This document shows, in pieces, positions 25,752 to 35,548 of a stretch of DNA of 64,000 nt. The stretch spans positions 768,001 to 832,000 of the forward strand of contig OY970160.1 of assembly GCA_963706445.1 (NCBI GenBank), in the 5' to 3' direction. The notes beneath the pieces are model-generated. The model searched no databases and was not told where the DNA came from. It saw only the letters and a program-made list of their open reading frames with translations. Each line of letters begins with the position of its first letter. The first letter of the stretch is position 1. This DNA comes from an uncultured Nitrososphaerales archaeon. Lineage in GTDB: Archaea > Thermoproteota > Nitrososphaeria > Nitrososphaerales > Gagatemarchaeaceae. The position numbers and the translations under genes are program-made.

Positions 25752-27686
25752 TCAGCTCGGAGGTCCGTAGGGGAGGCCTGCTCTCCTGAAGACCTCCCCC
25801 AAGCGGGGGTCCTTCCTCGCCTTCTCCAGCAGGGGGCTGTATCGCAAGGCCTGAGCCGGCATGGTGTGGTCATCCGCCGACCTGAGCATGTATTCGAAGA
25901 ACTTGTCCATGTCCCCGAGAGCATAGTAGATGTATCCAGCGTAGGACGACTTGCCCCACCCCGCGCCCTTGTCGAGTTTCGCTATCATGTCATTGGCGGT
26001 CTTCATGTCACCAGTGATTGCGGCGAAGTATCCCCTGTTGAGGTAAGTGGACCCCAGGGTCGGGCCTAGCCTCTCAAGTTCTTTCACCACTTTCTCCGCC
26101 TCATCGTGCATACCCTTGCTCACGTAGTAGTCGAAAAGAAGACGGTTGGTGCGGTAGGGCTCGATGTGGATGGCACTCTTCCAGTGCGCTAGGGCCTCAT
26201 CCGCTCTTCCTGTCCAGAAGTACATCAGGCCCAGCATACTGATGGCCCTCGGCGCTAGGGGGTCGAGCTCATACCCCTTCTCAGCTGACCGAATCATCTC
26301 CTGGGTGTCCCCGAGGACGGACGATTCGTCTGCCAGCAAGAGGTGCGCGTCTGCCAGGTTGGGGTTGAGCTCGATGGCCTTCTTGAGCTCGATGATGCAA
26401 TCCCTGTCTTGGTCTGCCGTGAACATTACAAAAGCCAGGCTATAGTGCGCCTCGGCGAGGGCGGGGTCCAACTCCACGGCCTTCAACGCAGCCGCCCGTC
26501 CCTTCTGAATCCCTTCGTCGTAATGGATGTATCCCTCGTTGGCCAGTCGAACGTAACTCTCTGCGACGCTCGCCTGCGCCTTCGCGAACCTCGGGTCCTT
26601 GGCCATGGCCTGCTCGAACAGGTTCAGAGCGCTCCTGAGTGGCGTCTCCTCGGGCTGAAGAATCAACTGCCTGCCTCGCAAGTAGAACATGTAGGCCTCG
26701 GAGTCCATTGTCGCTTTCTTCTCCAGAGCGGTCTTCTCCGACCCTAACAGCTGGATCTTCAGCTCGCCAGCAACCTTCTCCGCCAACTCGCTCTGGACCG
26801 CGAATATATCGTCCAGGTTCCTGTCATAGTTCGAGGCCCAGAGGTGCCCCTCTGTGCTGGCGTTGATCAGCTGGGCAGTCACCCGGATCCTGTTCCCTGC
26901 CTTCCTCACGCTGCCTTCCATTACGGTGCCGACGTTGAGCTCCTTCCCTATCTGCGATACGTTCTTCTCTTTCTTCCTGTAGTTCATCACAGACGTTCGA
27001 GCGATGACCTCCAAACCCTTCACCAGCGATACACTCGTGATCAGCTCTTCGGTAAGACCATCGGCAAAGTATTCGTCGTTGGGGTCGGGGCTCAGGCTGA
27101 CGAAGGGGAGGACTGCAAGGCGCCTTCTGTCAAGCTGCGCCGGCTCGGTCGATGTTTCGCCGCTCCAGGGCATGACAACCTTGTAGACCTCCATAGGCTC
27201 GGCGACATTCTTCAGAGATTTGGAACCGAGGCTCGACAGTTGGAGGTCCAACTTGTTGTGGACGAGGTCGAAGACCCTGTGAGTGAGGCAGACCCCTCCG
27301 TCCTCTGCAAGCGGCTCGATCCTCGACGCGACGTTGACGGCATCCCCGGAGATGTCCCCCTGTGACTCGACCACCTCCCCTACGTGGATCCCAATTCTGA
27401 GGTGGATCCTCTTGTCGGAGGCGAGGGATAGGTTGAACTCCCTGACGGCCCTCTGGATGTCGTAGGCGCATCTCACGGATTCCACTGCGTTGGGGAACTC
27501 AACCAGGAACGCGTCCCCGATGGTTTTCACCTCCCTACCTTCATGGCGTGCAAGGATAGGTCTGATCAACTTTCTCTGCTCATCGACGAGAGCGAGCGAC
27601 AGGGATTCGTCCTTCTGCCCCAGGGCCGTGTACCCGACCATGTCCGTGAACATGATGGCCGCGAGCCTGCTCTGGTCCCCTGGCAA
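25752..27686 (-). CDS. Class III adenylate/guanylate cyclase domain + TolB-like + TPR protein
   Basis: AIMFTDMVGYT, VKTIGDAF, LRIGIHVG, GDAVNVASRIE; AVLPF..SPDP..YFADG; TPRs. Confidence 0.92.
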   Translation of the reverse strand: MPGDQSRLAAIMFTDMVGYTALGQKDESLSLALVDEQRKLIRPILARHEGREVKTIGDAFLVEFPNAVESVRCAYDIQRAVREFNLSLASDKRIHLRIGIHVGEVVESQGDISGDAVNVASRIEPLAEDGGVCLTHRVFDLVHNKLDLQLSSLGSKSLKNVAEPMEVYKVVMPWSGETSTEPAQLDRRRLAVLPFVSLSPDPNDEYFADGLTEELITSVSLVKGLEVIARTSVMNYRKKEKNVSQIGKELNVGTVMEGSVRKAGNRIRVTAQLINASTEGHLWASNYDRNLDDIFAVQSELAEKVAGELKIQLLGSEKTALEKKATMDSEAYMFYLRGRQLILQPEETPLRSALNLFEQAMAKDPRFAKAQASVAESYVRLANEGYIHYDEGIQKGRAAALKAVELDPALAEAHYSLAFVMFTADQDRDCIIELKKAIELNPNLADAHLLLADESSVLGDTQEMIRSAEKGYELDPLAPRAISMLGLMYFWTGRADEALAHWKSAIHIEPYRTNRLLFDYYVSKGMHDEAEKVVKELERLGPTLGSTYLNRGYFAAITGDMKTANDMIAKLDKGAGWGKSSYAGYIYYALGDMDKFFEYMLRSADDHTMPAQALRYSPLLEKARKDPRLGEVFRRAGLPYGPPS

Positions 27687-27890
27687 CTAGGTCTCTCAGG
27701 ATTTCTGTTCTTCCTGCCGTTAAAATGGTTTGGGCACAGCGCTTTCGGAGGCTTCCCCCGAGGGCGCGCTCTCTCGCTTCCGTCGGGGCGGGACTCGCAG
27801 AAGCAGGGCGTTCATAAGGCTGATAGAGGTCGTCTCTAGATTGCCGCTTCAGAAGCGGTATATTCTCCAGCGACTCTTGATCGTGCTGGT

Positions 27891-28178
27891 ATGTTGGAAG
27901 GAGTAGCGAGCAACGTGGAATACAAAGTAATCTATCGCGCATATAGTCACAGAGAACTCGCGGGGAGCAATACAACCGGAAAATTCAGAGAGATTCACGA
28001 AGTAGACGAGTCGAGGGTACTGAGCGAAGCTCAATCCGTAAACGAAGCCAAAGATTGGAGCGAAAATCTGAACGCATTCGCCAAAGAGGGGTTCTCAGTC
28101 AAGAACAGCGGAACTCTGCAAATGTATGAGAACATCGTGTTTTGGGCTCTGCTCGAAAAAACTCTGCACAAGACATAA
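27891..28178 (+). CDS. Hypothetical protein (DUF4177-like pattern)
   Basis: EYKVI...LNAFAKEGF...LLEK. Confidence 0.45.
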   Translation: MLEGVASNVEYKVIYRAYSHRELAGSNTTGKFREIHEVDESRVLSEAQSVNEAKDWSENLNAFAKEGFSVKNSGTLQMYENIVFWALLEKTLHKT

Positions 28179-28334
28179 GCCCACCCGTAGTCTGCGGTGC
28201 TGACCTGAATCCCACGGTGACAGTCGGACCATCAGGTCGGGGCAGCCCGCCAAAACCAGAATCGCTTAGGCCGTTCTCACAAGTAGAACTTTACACCTCA
28301 TCAGGTTACCCTCTGAGGCACGAGAGGCCTCGCC

Positions 28335-28601
28335 ATGGTCGTAGTTCTCAGCCTCATAGTGGCCGAGTGTGCGACCCTGTTCGTGCTATTCGTTCCAGTC
28401 GTCCCCCAGACCGCAACCGAACCTTGCTATCCCATTGGTGGGTCAACGCAATGCCCCCTAGGTGTTCTCGTCTTCAATTACTATGGGTCGATTTCATTCC
28501 ATTACTTCAACGTCGGAATGACATACGGCGCATATGGCGGTCTTCAGATGGTTACTTCGCCGAGCTGGTCTCCTTTGTACTGCTTGCCCATCCATCGTTG
28601 A
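28335..28601 (+). CDS. Small membrane-anchored protein
   Basis: Hydrophobic N-terminus LFVPVV, Cys pair, YGSIS..FNVG; similar layout to 45975. Confidence 0.5.
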   Translation: MVVVLSLIVAECATLFVLFVPVVPQTATEPCYPIGGSTQCPLGVLVFNYYGSISFHYFNVGMTYGAYGGLQMVTSPSWSPLYCLPIHR

Positions 28602-28743
28602 GTGGCTAAAAGGCGCTTCACGCTGCTGACGTTCACTCGGAGGTCCGTCGATCCTAGCCCCTCATCTGCTCTGTTCCTGCGCGCACTCTCGACCTTTCGG
28701 CTTGTTAACAATGGTTTACTAGTAGAGAGCATCTTGGTTCCGC

Positions 28744-30411
28744 ATGGCCTGGTCAAGGGCCGTGAAGTATCTGCTTCCCTTGGCCTGGACATTTGTGCCG
28801 ATGTATTTGATCGAAAGACAAGCCGATGCTTACTTTCTCTCCGACAACCTTGCCGGCTTCTACAGCATATCCGGTTGGAGGCTCGAGCTCTTCATCATCA
28901 TTGCCGTGGTCGGGGCGATAGGCGCTGGTATACTCCTGAAAGAGCTTTGGGGCGCTGTCATTGCCGAAACTGTCGCCCTGGTCGGCTTCTTCGTGGCCGT
29001 CTACGCCTTGTACGATCCCCGGGTGTGCTACGCGACGGGACCAGGCGGTCTTGAACCCCTTCGCTTCGGCTTCTTCCTCGGTTCCATAACCACTTCCGGC
29101 TCGGCCCTGGGCGCCACCATCAGAGGCAAGGCTCTCTCTCGTCTGGGGCACTTCGTAGCGGGTTTCTTCGGCTTCGCCGCGTTCGGGTTCTACCCTGTCA
29201 TCTTCACCTTCGCCGGCACCAAGTTGCTCTCGCCCTTCCATCCCTGGGCTGCTGCGCTACTTCTGGCGTTGGCATCCGTCACGATCTCGGTGATCGTATC
29301 GCTGAGACTTGGGCCTCGACTAGGATTCGCCGCCCCTCTGCTTTCCCTCGCCGCACTTTTCGCAATCTCCGCTGGTATCGCGAGCGCATACTTCGACTCC
29401 ATCGCCTCGGACATCGCTACATTCGCTCTTGTCGTGATTGCATCCGCAGCCATCGGTGCGTACTTCGTCCAAATAGAGAGGCCATTGGCAAAGCGCCACG
29501 GGTCGTGGTTCAGCGGGGCGTTCGCAACGGGCTTGGTCCTAGTCCTATTGTTGATGCTTCTGTTAATCCCGGACGCGGTGAACGGCGTCCTTCCAGCCTC
29601 TGCCGCATCGTCCGGTTCCCTTGTGATGGGTGCCCCGGTCTATTTGGGCGGGTACATGGATGCACCACCAGGGCACGCGTCCGGCGCAGAGGTAACGATC
29701 AGCTTCGCAGGGACCAACGCTTCCTCAATTCAGGCGGACAACTTTCTGTCGGGGGGCATAGGGATTCATGCGGCTGGGTGTTGCGTCGACGGCATCGATT
29801 ACTCCTACCGTTTCGATCTTTACCAGTTCCATGACGGGAGTGAAACGCTGGTCGCGACGGCCTGGCAGGTCTGCGATGACAACGCCGCCTGTGGGGGGCA
29901 CTCGTGGAAGGTGCTGATGTTCTCGGATGCGCAGCCATACCAGCCAACAAGATCAAGTGACAACGTGACACTCAGGATGGAGTGGTTACAGAACCGATCA
30001 GGCGCATCGGTCCTGTGGACTTACTCAGAGCAAGGAGGGCCGTTCGCCAACTTCACTAGCTTCGTCCCTCCCACTTCCGAGAACCATGACTTCAACACGG
30101 GCGTACTCCCTGGCGGGACTCCAACCGCGGCACAGAGCGGGAGCTATTTCTTCCAATTCGGCATCATGAGCAGGTACCCCATCGGCCACAGCGGGTGGAC
30201 AGTTGCCTTGACATGTCCAGCGGTCCTCACCACAGAATGGAGCTGTGTCCCACATGCCAGGACGCTCACGGGAGACCAGTCGTTCTGGAAGGTCTTCTGG
30301 CGCTGGGGCGAAGACTACCCCGATACGATGGTCGTCTCACCTCAACCGGACCGCATGGTCTTCGGATTCTCCTCGGCTTCCCCGGCCAAGAGCTTTGAAA
30401 GCCTCTGGTGA
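28744..30411 (+). CDS. Multi-TM membrane protein with Cys-rich extracellular beta domain
   Basis: About nine TM segments, then a soluble domain with GCCVDG, CDDNAACGG. Confidence 0.75.
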   Translation: MAWSRAVKYLLPLAWTFVPMYLIERQADAYFLSDNLAGFYSISGWRLELFIIIAVVGAIGAGILLKELWGAVIAETVALVGFFVAVYALYDPRVCYATGPGGLEPLRFGFFLGSITTSGSALGATIRGKALSRLGHFVAGFFGFAAFGFYPVIFTFAGTKLLSPFHPWAAALLLALASVTISVIVSLRLGPRLGFAAPLLSLAALFAISAGIASAYFDSIASDIATFALVVIASAAIGAYFVQIERPLAKRHGSWFSGAFATGLVLVLLLMLLLIPDAVNGVLPASAASSGSLVMGAPVYLGGYMDAPPGHASGAEVTISFAGTNASSIQADNFLSGGIGIHAAGCCVDGIDYSYRFDLYQFHDGSETLVATAWQVCDDNAACGGHSWKVLMFSDAQPYQPTRSSDNVTLRMEWLQNRSGASVLWTYSEQGGPFANFTSFVPPTSENHDFNTGVLPGGTPTAAQSGSYFFQFGIMSRYPIGHSGWTVALTCPAVLTTEWSCVPHARTLTGDQSFWKVFWRWGEDYPDTMVVSPQPDRMVFGFSSASPAKSFESLW

Positions 30412-30455
30412 CACGTTCCTCAACCTTGGCTCCAAACCAATCCTAGTAGTGAATG

Positions 30456-30514
30456 CTAGCCGGGATGCGTGCTTAGATATCAAACCCATTTGGCGCTGAA
30501 CCCCGGCCGGGGCA
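30456..30514 (+). repeat. About 58-bp repeat ending in palindrome CCCCGGCCGGGG (second copy at 35255-35311)
   Basis: CTAGC(C)GGGAT...TTTGGC..TGAACCCCGGCCGGGGCA in both places; the end resembles the right half of the 40-bp site. Confidence 0.75.
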
Positions 30515-30529
30515 TCATTGCAGTGGGCG

Positions 30530-30570
30530 TAGGATTCGCTTGATTATCTAAGCGCATCCCACCGGGCCCG
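30530..30570 (+). repeat. About 40-bp repeat (second copy at 37429-37468)
   Basis: TAGGATTCGC....ATC.AAGC.CATC.CACCGGG in both places. Confidence 0.65.
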
Positions 30571-30590
30571 CTACTAATTGGGTCTTTAAC

Positions 30591-31784
30591 TTGGATACCA
30601 TGACAAGACTTAATCAAATAGTTCCAGACTTAAATAAGACAACTGAACCCGACTTGTTAATTGGTTCGAATTACCTTTGCCTACAGGACTTTTTTTTGGG
30701 ATTGATTTTGCTTTTGTCGCTGTGTCCCTCACTGGTTAGAGTCCAAGCCTCATCGTCACCTGGAATCCGCGTCGTCGCGACCGTAAGTGTTGGATCATCC
30801 CCGTTCGAGTCAGCGTTCGACTCGGCTAACAACCGGATGGATGTAATCAACTTTGGGTCGAACACTGTGTCAGCCATAAACCCCAGCAGTCAAGAGGTCA
30901 AAACGGTGGATGTCGGGAACGTTGGAGACATTAGCCCCTATTTCGTCCCCTTCATAGCCTTCAATCCTTCCAATCGGAACATGTATTCAACAAATTCTGG
31001 GTCAGACACATTATCCGTGATTGGCCCTGCAGATAAGGTCGATGCGATTATTACAGTGGGAAACAATCCTGAGTATCTCGCCTACGACCCAGCGAATGGC
31101 GACATGTACGTATCGAACGCCAACGGATATTTGCCAACTCCAGGTTCTGTTTCGGTCGTCGATTCAACAAACTCAATTGTTGCGACCGTTACTGTTGGAA
31201 GTTCCCCGCAAGGGATTGCCTACGATCCCTCCAATGGGTACATTTACGTAGCGAACTTTCTTTCGGACACTGTGTCAACGATTGGTCCCGCTAACACTGT
31301 GATTGCGACGATTGGAGTTGGGAGCTTACCTGCCATAATCGCTTACGATTCGGCCAATGGGGACATGTTTGTGACTAACGTATTCTCAAACACAGTATCA
31401 GTGATTAGTCCGGGGAACGTCGTGGTGGCAACCATCCCAGTTGGAATCAATCCTCTGAATTTGGCTTACAATCCGGCCAATGGTGAGATGTATGTGGCCA
31501 GTTTTGGTTCGAACACAGTTTCAGCAATTGACGCGACTAACACGGTTGTTGCGACCATTCCGGTTGGAAGTAGTCCTAATGGCTTGGCATTCGACCCTGC
31601 AAATGGCGACATGTATGTCCCTAACGGAATATCAAACACAGTGTCTATTATCCTTCCCACGAACACGGTAAGCGTAACAGTGCCGGTAGGGATAATGCCC
31701 TTTAACATTACATACGAACCGGTGAAAGGGGTCATGTACGTCATCGACAGCGACTCAAACACAGTTTCGATAATCTCCTCCTAA
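30591..31784 (+). CDS. YncE/YVTN beta-propeller surface protein
   Basis: Repeats VATIPVG..P..LAYDPANGDMYV.N..SNTVSVI. Confidence 0.88.
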   Translation: MDTMTRLNQIVPDLNKTTEPDLLIGSNYLCLQDFFLGLILLLSLCPSLVRVQASSSPGIRVVATVSVGSSPFESAFDSANNRMDVINFGSNTVSAINPSSQEVKTVDVGNVGDISPYFVPFIAFNPSNRNMYSTNSGSDTLSVIGPADKVDAIITVGNNPEYLAYDPANGDMYVSNANGYLPTPGSVSVVDSTNSIVATVTVGSSPQGIAYDPSNGYIYVANFLSDTVSTIGPANTVIATIGVGSLPAIIAYDSANGDMFVTNVFSNTVSVISPGNVVVATIPVGINPLNLAYNPANGEMYVASFGSNTVSAIDATNTVVATIPVGSSPNGLAFDPANGDMYVPNGISNTVSIILPTNTVSVTVPVGIMPFNITYEPVKGVMYVIDSDSNTVSIISS

Positions 31785-31786
31785 AG

Positions 31787-31848
31787 CCTGGAATCCATTC
31801 TTGAGACCTGCTTGTGTGCAGTCCCACCGGGTCCGAACCCTCGGTCCA
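31787..31848 (+). repeat. About 60-bp repeat family (copies at 35184-35245, 38452-38500, partial at 12327-12360)
   Basis: CCTGGAATCCA.TCTT...CCCA.CGG..CCGAACCCTCGGTCCA; usually just after a stop codon. Confidence 0.75.
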
Positions 31849-32015
31849 ATTTCCCATATCCAAGTCTCGTACGCACCCGAGGCCGGGTCTCGTAGCGACG
31901 GTAGGGTTCTCAATAGTGAGAATCGTGCTCATGCCTATAGGTTTCTAGGACGAATATCAAAACCGCGTTGGGAGGCCAGGAGACGAGAGCGGGTTCAGGT
32001 TCGCAAGGTCAAGCC

Positions 32016-32261
32016 ATGATGGACGAGCCGCCTCGAATAATTGATACTTACGATTCAGATATGAAGAAATACAAAATCACTTTCAGGTCTCCGGGTTCAG
32101 CCATGCCACGCTTCATGCTGCCACTAAGTCTGCTCAAGCAAGAAAAGAAGTCGCAGATTGTCGAAGCGGTGAGCCTTGAAGAAGCTGAAAGAATGGCGGC
32201 TGATGAGAGGTTGAGATACCCCTTGAATTGGTTCGTCAGTGTCGAAGAATTGTCAGAATGA
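32016..32261 (+). CDS. Hypothetical protein
   Basis: KYKITF...IVEAVSLEEAERMA...SVEE, a small alpha/beta pattern. Confidence 0.5.
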   Translation: MMDEPPRIIDTYDSDMKKYKITFRSPGSAMPRFMLPLSLLKQEKKSQIVEAVSLEEAERMAADERLRYPLNWFVSVEELSE

Positions 32262-32559
32262 TTCCCTGATTGCATGTTCGGCAGAAGGCCTTCTGAACCC
32301 GGCTCCGGAATCGTTCGGGGGATTGCAATCTCTTGAGATCAGACGGCTCCCGCGGCCCCAAACACTTGGACAAATAATCGGTACGCTTCAAGCTCCGATA
32401 GTCAACAATCCGTAAGTTTCCATTCACGAGAAAAACCAGATGGATGTTGAGTTGAAGCAAACCGCCTACCCTTGAAAACTGACCCCACGTTTTCCAACCT
32501 TGAGAATCGCCATCTCACCTTATTAGCACATTAGAATCCTCGAATATCCGTGAGTTAGA

Positions 32560-33060
32560 TTGGCTCAAGTAACACAGATGCGGACCGAAGAGAAGGGTGA
32601 GCAGACATCAAGACTGCTCATCATCCTATCGAAGGGGACGATGGACATGGTGTACCCCGCCCTGATGATAGCGACCACCGGGGCGACCATGGGGAAGGAA
32701 GTCCACATGTTCTTCACCTTCTGGGGGCTGAACGCTGTGAACAAGAAGACGGTGGGCTCGATGAAGGTGTCGCCAGTAGGCAACCCAGGCATGCCGATGC
32801 CAAACATTCTGGGTATGATCCCTGGGATGACCGCCATGGCCACCCGAATGATGAACGGGAAGATGGCGAAGGCTAAGGTGCCGTCAATCCCGGACATGTT
32901 CAAGATGGCGAAGGACCTCGGAGTCAAATTCCATGCCTGCTCGACGACGATGGAAGTCATGGGGATTCCGAAGGGCACCCTCATCGACGAAGTCGACGAC
33001 GTGGTCGGCGCGGCCACCATGCTGTCCCTCGGCGAGGGCGGACAGATCATCTTCATCTAG
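32560..33060 (+). CDS. DsrE/DsrF/DrsH-like sulfurtransferase
   Basis: MFFTFWGL, ACSTTM with conserved Cys, VGAATML. Confidence 0.9.
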   Translation: MAQVTQMRTEEKGEQTSRLLIILSKGTMDMVYPALMIATTGATMGKEVHMFFTFWGLNAVNKKTVGSMKVSPVGNPGMPMPNILGMIPGMTAMATRMMNGKMAKAKVPSIPDMFKMAKDLGVKFHACSTTMEVMGIPKGTLIDEVDDVVGAATMLSLGEGGQIIFI

Positions 33061-33318
33061 GTGGTCAAAGTGTCGACAATAGAGCAACACAAAGTGGTTG
33101 ATTCCCGGGGAAGCTTCTGCCCGGGACCCATTACCGACCTCTTCAAGGCCTACAGAAGTTCCCAGCTTGGCGACGTCATCGAACTACTGGCAACTGACCC
33201 CGCTGCAAGGGCAGACGTCACTGCATGGGCACAAAAGAGCGGAAACGAGCTGGTGGACATAATCGACGAGCAGGGCTACATCCGGATCGTAGTCAAGATC
33301 ACCAAGAAAAGGAGTTAG
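33061..33318 (+). CDS. tusA: TusA-family sulfur carrier
   Basis: DSRGSFCPGP, ATDP..DV.AW motifs. Confidence 0.9.
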   Translation: MVKVSTIEQHKVVDSRGSFCPGPITDLFKAYRSSQLGDVIELLATDPAARADVTAWAQKSGNELVDIIDEQGYIRIVVKITKKRS

Positions 33319-33326
33319 AGGCGACC

Positions 33327-34589
33327 ATGCAACGAGTGGTCGTCGTCGGCTCAGGGGACGGAGGGACTTTTACTGCGAACCTCCTCGCTTCAGAGCTGCG
33401 CAACGAAATCCACGGTGGATTGGCGTCGGTCCAGCTGGTCGGTGAGCATCTCAAACATCCATTCCAACCTGGAAACCTGGATATCGCATTCAAGGGAGCT
33501 TCCCCTGACAAGTACGTGAAGGTAGAGACGGAACTGCTCCGAAAGGAGGTAGATTTCATCCATGACCCAGCTGTGAAGATTGACTTCACTGCGAGGTCGG
33601 TAGCCACAGTGAGCGGAAGAACGCTCAACTACGATTATTTGGTCATAGCCACAGGAGCAGTGGCCGACCCCTCCAAGATTCCTGGCCTGGCTGAAGGGGC
33701 CATGAACTTCCATACCGGCGCGAAGGACTCCCAACGCATCTGGGAATCCTTGCAGAGTTTCAAGGAAGGGACTGTAATCGTCGCAATAGCCGGAACTCCC
33801 CACAAGTGTCCTCCGTCCCCTAACGAAGCGGCTTTCATGCTTGACGATTTCTTCCACAAGCGCGGAATCCGAGACAGGGTGAAGATCAAGTTCCTCACGC
33901 CCTACCCCAGGCCATATCCTGCGGAGAAGATCTCCCACGTCGTAGAACCACTGTTCATGGAGAAGGGCATCGAAGTCACTACATTTTTCAACGTCGATTC
34001 TGTCGACCCCTCCAAGCGCAAAATCTACTCCCTCGAAGGGGAAGCCTTCGACTACGACCTGCTGATTGCCGTCCCTCCTCACCATGGGGCCGACGTCATA
34101 ATCAACTCTGGCCTCGGCGACGCGGATGGGTACATCCCCACTGACAAGGGAACGATGAAAGTGAAAGGGCAGGACGGAGTGTATGCCATCGGGGACGCCA
34201 CCGACATCCCGGTTTCAAAGTCGGGGGTGGTGGCCCATCTTCAGTCGGTGGTCGTGGCCCACAACATAGTCTCCGAAATGACCAAGTCGTCAGACATCCT
34301 GGAGTACAATGGCAGGATAAACTGCCCAATGGAGGTCGGCCCACGCCGGGCAATCTTCGTCTCTGCGACGTACACCTCTCCTCCGTCCGACCAGTCGCCT
34401 TCAATGGTCAAGTACTACATGAAAAGGTCCTTCGCCATGATCTACTGGCGCGCCCTCAACGGCAGCCTGGAGAGCATATTCGACATATTCTTCGGCCAGA
34501 CTAGATTCCCAGCCGCCAAGCAGCAGGAAGGGGAGAAACCCCTAATTGTTGTGAAATCTTCCCAGCGGAGCGACAAGGCATATGCATAG
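33327..34589 (+). CDS. sqr: Sulfide:quinone oxidoreductase-like flavoprotein
   Basis: VVVVGSGDGG, YDYLVIATG, KCPPSP, YAIGDATD..SKSG, second Cys in NCP. Confidence 0.8.
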   Translation: MQRVVVVGSGDGGTFTANLLASELRNEIHGGLASVQLVGEHLKHPFQPGNLDIAFKGASPDKYVKVETELLRKEVDFIHDPAVKIDFTARSVATVSGRTLNYDYLVIATGAVADPSKIPGLAEGAMNFHTGAKDSQRIWESLQSFKEGTVIVAIAGTPHKCPPSPNEAAFMLDDFFHKRGIRDRVKIKFLTPYPRPYPAEKISHVVEPLFMEKGIEVTTFFNVDSVDPSKRKIYSLEGEAFDYDLLIAVPPHHGADVIINSGLGDADGYIPTDKGTMKVKGQDGVYAIGDATDIPVSKSGVVAHLQSVVVAHNIVSEMTKSSDILEYNGRINCPMEVGPRRAIFVSATYTSPPSDQSPSMVKYYMKRSFAMIYWRALNGSLESIFDIFFGQTRFPAAKQQEGEKPLIVVKSSQRSDKAYA

Positions 34590-34923
34590 CAGCAAAGTAG
34601 ATGCAGAGGAGGAGCTCTACCGACTGCAGGCCGAGTTCTGCAAGGGCATGGCCCATCCCAAGAGAATCCGCCTCCTCAGGACACTGAAGAACGGCGAGAA
34701 GTCGGTGACAGAACTGACGAGGCTAACTGGGATACCACAGGCTAACTTGTCGCAACATCTGGCCCTCCTCAGACAGTTCGGGCTGCTCCAGACGAGACGG
34801 GACGGGTCCAACGTCTACTACAACATCAGTGACCAGAGGATTGTAGAGGCGTGCGACCTCGTAAGAAGTTGCATCGGAGAGAGGCTGAGGAAGTCACAGA
34901 TGGTCCTCGCGGTAGGGCCCTAG
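34582..34923 (+). CDS. ArsR/SmtB regulator (possible BigR/SqrR-type persulfide sensor)
   Basis: FCKGMAHPKRIRLL...SQHLALLR...RRDG..VYY; Cys in helix 2 and in the last helix. Confidence 0.85.
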   Translation: MHSSKVDAEEELYRLQAEFCKGMAHPKRIRLLRTLKNGEKSVTELTRLTGIPQANLSQHLALLRQFGLLQTRRDGSNVYYNISDQRIVEACDLVRSCIGERLRKSQMVLAVGP

Positions 34924-35390
34924 TCATACCAACCCACTTTCTGTGAGTTTTGCCACGACCCTGCTCCAGAATCCTCCGCCCGTGGTAAGCAGGCCGGCGA
35001 CGGCGCAGAGTACTATGCCCCCTGATGCTACGAGAAGAACCTATTCAGGAGTGCTTCCCGGAGGCCGAATCTCCCTTATCGGGGCGTCCTCCTCAACTGA
35101 GAAGGCCCAGCCGGGCGCCACCTCGCTGCTTCGCTTCGTAAAAGCCCCTACGTAGGCGTAGCCCCTAGCCGGGCTATCATCAACCTGGAATCCACTCTTA
35201 GAACTCGATTGGGGGTGGGCCCCATCGGACCGAACCCTCGGTCCACCGTTTTGTCTAGCGGGATTTGACTTTGGATTCGAACCTATTTGGCAATGAACCC
35301 CGGCCGGGGCACGGTTTTCACGGACAATGTCTTATGGCCGAATGTGTTTGGGAGTCGGGATGCGCCGTGCTCGATTTCAAAACGGGATGA

Positions 35391-35454
35391 ACCTACCAGG
35401 TTGGTCCCCACCTACCAGGTTGGTCCCCACCTACCAGGTTGGTCCCCACCTACC
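35391..35454 (+). repeat. Perfect tandem repeat, 19 bp x 3.4
   Basis: ACCTACCAGGTTGGTCCCC three times plus ACCTACC, no spacers. Confidence 0.95.
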
Positions 35455-35548
35455 TGTAGGGAGACCGGAATCTAGACAGTCCATGACCTCATCATTGTCG
35501 CTCCATTGATTTAACTATAAATCGAGCACAATTCAACGAATCGCGGGA

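Noticed and set aside
35262-35311. tRNA gene (GGTTCGAATCC on the minus strand and a tRNA-like end on the plus strand)
   Set aside because: No cloverleaf could be built; only fragments.
35391-35454. Possible mini CRISPR array
   Set aside because: The 19-bp units are directly adjacent with no spacers, and no cas genes are present.
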